Below are positions 59,416-64,000 of a DNA stretch of 64,000 nucleotides, piece by piece. Source of the DNA: Candidatus Falkowbacteria bacterium. Lineage in GTDB: Bacteria > Patescibacteriota > Patescibacteriia > UBA11705 > JABHMO01. The notes below the pieces were generated by a model. That model worked only from the letters and a program-made list of their open reading frames with translations. It was not told the DNA's origin and searched no databases. The position numbers and the translations under genes were made by a program. The DNA lies in NCBI GenBank assembly GCA_018674305.1, contig JABHAL010000007.1, positions 6,976 to 70,975 on the forward strand, written 5' to 3'. Position 1 is the stretch's first letter, and every line of letters begins with the position of its first letter.

Positions 59416-60582
59416 TTACGGCGCCATCTGCCGTAATTTTTTTATAGTTGAAGTTATAACTTTAATAAAATGACTGATTTCATCTTCAGAATTAAATCTT
59501 CCAAGAGAGATACGAACACTGCCATGAGACCACTCAGGTTTAATTCCCATCGCGGTTAAAACATGAGAAGGTTCCAAAGACCCAGAAGAACAAGCGCTAC
59601 CAGTTGAAATTGCAATACCCTCCATGTCCAACATCATCAAGATGCTTTCACCTTCTGCTTTTAGAAAACTAATATTGATCAAATTTGGCAATTGACTTTC
59701 AGACTCGCCATTAAAACGAACATTTTCAATATTTTCCAATTCCTTGACTATCTGTTCTTTGATTTTTTTCACTTTTTTACTTTCTTCTCCTACTAATTCA
59801 ATTGCCTCGCCTAATCCCGCAACGCCTGGCACATTCAAAGTACCTGGTCGCAAATTATATTCCTGATGACCTCCACAAATGATTGGTTCCAGCTTAGCAG
59901 CAGCTCGAATATATAGCGCACCAACACCTTTGGGGCCATATATTTTATGACCTGATAAACTCAAAAAATCAACGCCAAGATTATCAACCTTGCAATCAAG
60001 ATAATTAACTGCTTGGACTGCATCAGTGTGAAAATAAATTGGTAGCCCTGAACTCCCCCTGTTCGTCTGAACTTGTTTTAGGATTTCGTCAACCTTTTTT
60101 AATGGCTGAATAGAACCGACTTCATTATTGGCATACATTATTGAAACCAAAACTGTGTTATCTTTTATTTTACTTTCCAGTTGTTCAAGATCAATAATTC
60201 CAGCTTTATCAACCTTAACATAATCAACTTCGACCATTGGACGTTTTTCCAATTCCTTACAAACTTCCAATACTGCTGGGTGTTCAATCTGAGATGTTAT
60301 TATGTGAATTTCTTTATTTTGTTTTGTAAAGTACTTAACGACTCCTTGTAAAATCAAATTATTTGATTCCGTTGCGCCTGATGTGAAAATAATTTCCTGG
60401 GCTTCACAACCCAAAAATCTGGCCACCTGGTCTCTGGCTTTATCAACTGCAGCTAATGCCTTTTGACCAAAACTGTGCATTGATCCAGAATTACCAAACT
60501 CTTCCTGTAAATATGGCGCCATGGTTTCAAAAACTTTTGGATCAACCTTAGTGGTTGCTGAATTGTCGTAATAAATTTTCAT
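59416..60582 (-). CDS. iscS: Cysteine desulfurase (class V aminotransferase)
   Basis: 'SLSGHKIYGPKGVGALYIR' PLP-Lys motif and 'SSGSACSS' active-site Cys loop. Confidence 0.88.
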   Translation of the reverse strand: MKIYYDNSATTKVDPKVFETMAPYLQEEFGNSGSMHSFGQKALAAVDKARDQVARFLGCEAQEIIFTSGATESNNLILQGVVKYFTKQNKEIHIITSQIEHPAVLEVCKELEKRPMVEVDYVKVDKAGIIDLEQLESKIKDNTVLVSIMYANNEVGSIQPLKKVDEILKQVQTNRGSSGLPIYFHTDAVQAVNYLDCKVDNLGVDFLSLSGHKIYGPKGVGALYIRAAAKLEPIICGGHQEYNLRPGTLNVPGVAGLGEAIELVGEESKKVKKIKEQIVKELENIENVRFNGESESQLPNLINISFLKAEGESILMMLDMEGIAISTGSACSSGSLEPSHVLTAMGIKPEWSHGSVRISLGRFNSEDEISHFIKVITSTIKKLRQMAP

Positions 60583-60659
60583 AAAAGTTAATTAAACGAA
60601 CTGGGTGAATTAAGTTAAATTAGCTGAATTACTTAATCTCTTAATTCTCTTTTCAAAAA

Positions 60660-60878
60660 TTAAACAGCTTCAACATCTTTCACCTCTGGAAATTCCTCTT
60701 TTAATAATCTTCCGATACCATCTTTGAGTGTGACTTGCGACATTGGACAACCATGGCAAGCGCCAGTTAATTTAACTTTAACAATACCATCCACAAAATC
60801 AACAAACTCAACGTCTCCGCCGTCAGCTTGTAACATTGGTCTTATTTTTTCTAGAGCTTTTTCAATTTTATCTTTCAT
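60660..60878 (-). CDS. nfu: NifU C-terminal-like (Nfu) Fe-S carrier
   Basis: 'GACHGCPMS' CxxC motif. Confidence 0.75.
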   Translation of the reverse strand: MKDKIEKALEKIRPMLQADGGDVEFVDFVDGIVKVKLTGACHGCPMSQVTLKDGIGRLLKEEFPEVKDVEAV

Positions 60879-60899
60879 AAATTTAATATTTACTATTAA

Positions 60900-61280
60900 T
60901 TATTTACTTTTGTAATCTTCTATTGCTTTTTTTAACCCTTCTTCTGCTAAAACTGAACAATGATATTTAAGAGCTGGGACTTGTCCTAATTTCTTTACAA
61001 TATCGTCTTTTGTAATAGCAAAAGCTTGTTTAAAAGTCTTTCCCTTGGCCAACTCGGTCAAAACTGAAGTTGCAGCAATAGCTGCTGCGCAACCTAAAGT
61101 TTCAAATTTAACATCTTCTAAAATTGTATCGTCTCCTAGTTCTTCACCTACTTTAATATATATTTTCATTACATCACCGCACTTAATATTACCAACCTCC
61201 CCGACACCATCAGCATCTTCTATCTGACCTTGATTTCTGGGACTTTTAAAATGATCCATTAGTTCTTCTGAATATTGCAT
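60900..61280 (-). CDS. iscU: Fe-S cluster scaffold IscU/NifU N-terminal family
   Basis: 'GNIKCGDVMKIYIKV', 'LGCAAAIAATS' and 'KYHCSVLAEE'. Confidence 0.85.
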   Translation of the reverse strand: MQYSEELMDHFKSPRNQGQIEDADGVGEVGNIKCGDVMKIYIKVGEELGDDTILEDVKFETLGCAAAIAATSVLTELAKGKTFKQAFAITKDDIVKKLGQVPALKYHCSVLAEEGLKKAIEDYKSK

Positions 61281-61285
61281 ATTTT

Positions 61286-61669
61286 TTATAATTCACTTAG
61301 TTTAATATTTTTTAACGTTTTAGTTATTTGTTTATAAAGTTTAGTCCAAATTGGTAAAACTTTGCACTTGCAATCACAACATGCCCCACTTGTTACACAC
61401 TCATACGGAGCAACTGAACCCTCAAGAGCTTCAATTACTTGAAGAGAATTTATCTTGCTTGCAGGCTTGGTTAAATAATAACCACCCTTAACACCTTTAT
61501 CTGCCTTTACCAAACCAGCTTTTTTTAGACTAGCAAATAATCGTTCCAAATAAGATAGCGAGATTTTTTCCTTATCAGCAATCCAAGCCAAAGAAACTGA
61601 CTTTTTGCCAGCTTTATCTAAATGTACAATTGCCCTTAGACCATACTCTGCTTTGGTGCTAAATTTCAT
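61286..61669 (-). CDS. iscR: Rrf2-family regulator (IscR-like)
   Basis: 'MKFSTKAEYGLRAIVHL' wHTH and a Cys cluster 'CVTSGACCDCKCK'. Confidence 0.75.
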   Translation of the reverse strand: MKFSTKAEYGLRAIVHLDKAGKKSVSLAWIADKEKISLSYLERLFASLKKAGLVKADKGVKGGYYLTKPASKINSLQVIEALEGSVAPYECVTSGACCDCKCKVLPIWTKLYKQITKTLKNIKLSEL

Positions 61670-61733
61670 AAAAATAAATACCAACTAGTTTAGTTGGTAT
61701 TAGTGTAGCACACTTAAAAATAGTGTCAAGTTG

Positions 61734-62843
61734 TTAGTTCTCTACAGATTTAATCCGAGCATTCCTCATATCGCTCAGCCCCTCATACAACCCTGCTTTG
61801 TATTTATCCAGTGATTCACCGTAAAAAAGAATTCTTATTGCATCAGCAAAGTTTCTAGTCACGGGAATAACTGTTAACTTTTTCAAAACAGCTCTTTTCT
61901 CTGGATCAATCGGAATTGTGTCAGTTACAATTACTTCCTGGATTGAGGTATTGGCTTCCATGGCAGCTAAGCCCTTCATGGAACTAAACACTGCGTGAGT
62001 CGGTGCTAAAATTAAGGATTTAACACCTTTTGAAATGAGAAAGTCTGCACCATCATTCATTGTTCCACCACTGGCTACTTCGTCGTCTGGCATAATGCCA
62101 ATTCGTCCCTTGACTCTATCAACGCCAATTAACGCTTCTGGCACGGCCTTTTCATCATCACCATATCGACGTTTATCAATGATTGCCATAGGTAAACCCA
62201 GGTTAGTTGCCAAGGCACCACAGGGCTTGGAATCACCGACGTCAGGTGCAATTACCGCATAATTAGTTAAATCATGCTTTTCCAAAAAATGTCGAGCAAT
62301 GATCGGCTTTCCCTTGAGAACCTCCACTTTGACTCTTTTCTCATCAAAGAAACCATTAATCTGAGCAAAGTGTGGGTCCATCAATAATATGCGATCAGCT
62401 CCTGATTCAGTAAGCAAATCAGCCATTAATCGCGCGCCTATACAAACTCTCGCATGATCTTTTTTGTCACTACGCACATACGGCATATATGGCATCACAA
62501 CCGTGACGCTGGATGCTCCGGAAGTTTTCAAAGCATGAATCATCAAAAATAACTCCATGATCATATCGCTAAGCCGAAGATTACATCCCCACAGGTCATT
62601 ACCCTGTTCGTCTTTTCCTATCAAGGCCCTGCCGTGTGCTTGAGTTTGGATTATAAAACAATGAAAATCTCTGACATTTTCCTTGATATCAACCAAACAG
62701 TTGCCATTAGAGAACCAAGTAATTTGTTTGCCTTTTTTGTCAGCCAGATCAGGTTCATACAACTTCACATCTAAATGCCTTGCAACTTCACGTGCAAACT
62801 TCAAATGTGAATTACCTGCAAATAACTTCAATCCCTTAGGCAT
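61734..62843 (-). CDS. prs: Ribose-phosphate pyrophosphokinase
   Basis: 'GADRILLMDPHFAQINGFFD' and 'IIDKRR...DDEVASGGTM' PRPP-binding motifs. The protein is longer than usual. The start is assigned to the ATG at 62843. Confidence 0.75.
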   Translation of the reverse strand: MPKGLKLFAGNSHLKFAREVARHLDVKLYEPDLADKKGKQITWFSNGNCLVDIKENVRDFHCFIIQTQAHGRALIGKDEQGNDLWGCNLRLSDMIMELFLMIHALKTSGASSVTVVMPYMPYVRSDKKDHARVCIGARLMADLLTESGADRILLMDPHFAQINGFFDEKRVKVEVLKGKPIIARHFLEKHDLTNYAVIAPDVGDSKPCGALATNLGLPMAIIDKRRYGDDEKAVPEALIGVDRVKGRIGIMPDDEVASGGTMNDGADFLISKGVKSLILAPTHAVFSSMKGLAAMEANTSIQEVIVTDTIPIDPEKRAVLKKLTVIPVTRNFADAIRILFYGESLDKYKAGLYEGLSDMRNARIKSVEN

Positions 62844-62983
62844 AGTTTTTCTCCCTTGATTCAGGTGCAATGTGTAATCTGAACCGTAGAACATAATAAA
62901 TATTGGTCACAACAATAGTTTAGCAAACCAGTCAATTTTGTCAAAATAAAAAAGCTACTCAATATAAGTAGCTATTCTCTATG

Positions 62984-63775
62984 TTAATTATCGAGAATTC
63001 CTTTTACTAACAGAACTCGTTTGGAACCCTTTAACATCTTCTTTTCTTTTTCATCATCTTCAACTAATTCATCGTATGGGCGAAATGGTTGGCCATCAGT
63101 TTTTAAGGGCAGATCATGAATTGCTTCAATAATCGTTTGGTATTTATATTTATAACCATCCCCTTTTCGGGTTCCCACATCATTGGTAATAAATTCATTG
63201 CGGTCATAACCACGAATAACTAAGAAGTGATATAAAGGACCAGGCTCTGTATAATTTGGATTACCCAATTCACGGCCAGCAGTCGGGATTAATATTAAAT
63301 AACCCTGGCTTAAATATTTTTTCATTAAATCAACTTCAACCTGCTCAACAATTTTCACATCCAAATTAAAATACTCTTTTGCCATAATCTCAACTTCTAC
63401 AAGCTCAGTATCAGAATACAAGCCAAACTTTTGTTTCTCCCACTCAACAACTTCAATGATTTCTTTGTCCATTAATTCATTGGTCAATTTTTTATTATTA
63501 AAATAATAATAAGCTTGAATTAGAGCTGCTTCTTCACAAGCTTCCTGATATGGCAAGTCCCAATTAGCCAGCGGAGCTTGAGAGGCAAAATCCACATTTA
63601 AATTTACCGTAGTTGGAACTTCTTCTTCTTTAGGCTCATTTTCTAAATCAACTTGCCAATCTTTTACTTTGTATTCAAAACTAGCCAACTGATCCTGAAC
63701 CTGGCCAATAGCTTGATCATAGCTTGCTCCGTTAAGAACAGCCAAACTAATTAGAATTAAGATGAATAACTTCAT
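62984..63775 (-). CDS. Secreted papain-like (C39-like) domain protein
   Basis: Signal peptide. 'PYQEACEEAALIQAYYY' Cys context and a C-terminal 'YHFLVIRGYD' His region. It is a distant paralog of 30651..31136. Confidence 0.45.
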   Translation of the reverse strand: MKLFILILISLAVLNGASYDQAIGQVQDQLASFEYKVKDWQVDLENEPKEEEVPTTVNLNVDFASQAPLANWDLPYQEACEEAALIQAYYYFNNKKLTNELMDKEIIEVVEWEKQKFGLYSDTELVEVEIMAKEYFNLDVKIVEQVEVDLMKKYLSQGYLILIPTAGRELGNPNYTEPGPLYHFLVIRGYDRNEFITNDVGTRKGDGYKYKYQTIIEAIHDLPLKTDGQPFRPYDELVEDDEKEKKMLKGSKRVLLVKGILDN

Positions 63776-64000
63776 ATAATTGATTTATACATATAGCAAA
63801 CCAAATTTTTGAGTAACTGTCAATTTAATACCTTAAATAACTAAATTTGTTGATAAATACTTGACAAAGTCGATAAATTTTTATAAACTGTATATCAGCT
63901 AATGACTGATGAATTCTAAAAACATAAATAACTAAATTTAGCGATATATGGCACATAAAAAAGCGGGTGGTAGTAGTTCAAATTTAAAAGATTCAAATGC

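Overview
This is an AT-rich bacterial chromosomal segment with small-genome, Patescibacteria/CPR-like gene content (that assignment is inference). It carries many housekeeping genes, accessory content, and two candidate novel systems.

Housekeeping genes, in order:
- The rpmI-rplT tail of the infC operon, then tRNA-Asp.
- lgt, rpmE, prfA, prmC, a sigma-70 factor, rplY/ctc, rodA and gyrB.
- secE-nusG-rplK-rplA.
- gatB, miaA, miaB, mraY-murD-ftsW, an iscR-iscU-nfu-iscS operon and prs.

Accessory content:
- Two tandem paralogous giant surface-protein genes (1793 and 2042 aa).
- Several small membrane proteins, lipoproteins and papain-like (C39-like) peptidases.

Candidate novel systems:
- Region 31.7-39.3 kb is visibly GC-richer than its flanks, which suggests an island. 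On the minus strand it encodes a reverse transcriptase fused to a C-terminal RNase H domain with its own promoter. Next comes an array of nine ~270-bp non-coding repeat units whose hairpin stems differ by paired, compensating substitutions, then a MoxR-type AAA+ ATPase, then a tenth repeat unit, then a DUF2201-like HExxH/VWA protein. This is proposed as a previously undescribed retroelement or defence-like system built around a multi-copy structured RNA.
- Region 43.6-49.7 kb resembles a T4-like deoxypyrimidine module. It has a ThyA-family enzyme with Asp at the specificity position (N177D in E. coli numbering, as in dCMP hydroxymethylases), DHFR, two dCTP-deaminase/dUTPase-fold proteins, a dCMP deaminase, a T4 gp1-like dNMP kinase, Tmk and Tdk. 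This hints at C5-modified cytosine nucleotide metabolism.

Smaller observations:
- A recurring pyrimidine-rich 'CCTTTATCC' leader motif upstream of translation genes.
- An attenuator-like leader between rplK and rplA.
- An 18-bp perfect palindrome duplicated in-frame inside prmC.
- Copy-number-variable 12-bp (VDEP) coding repeats in the giant paralogs.

All calls come from reading the sequence and ORF translations. No database search was run.
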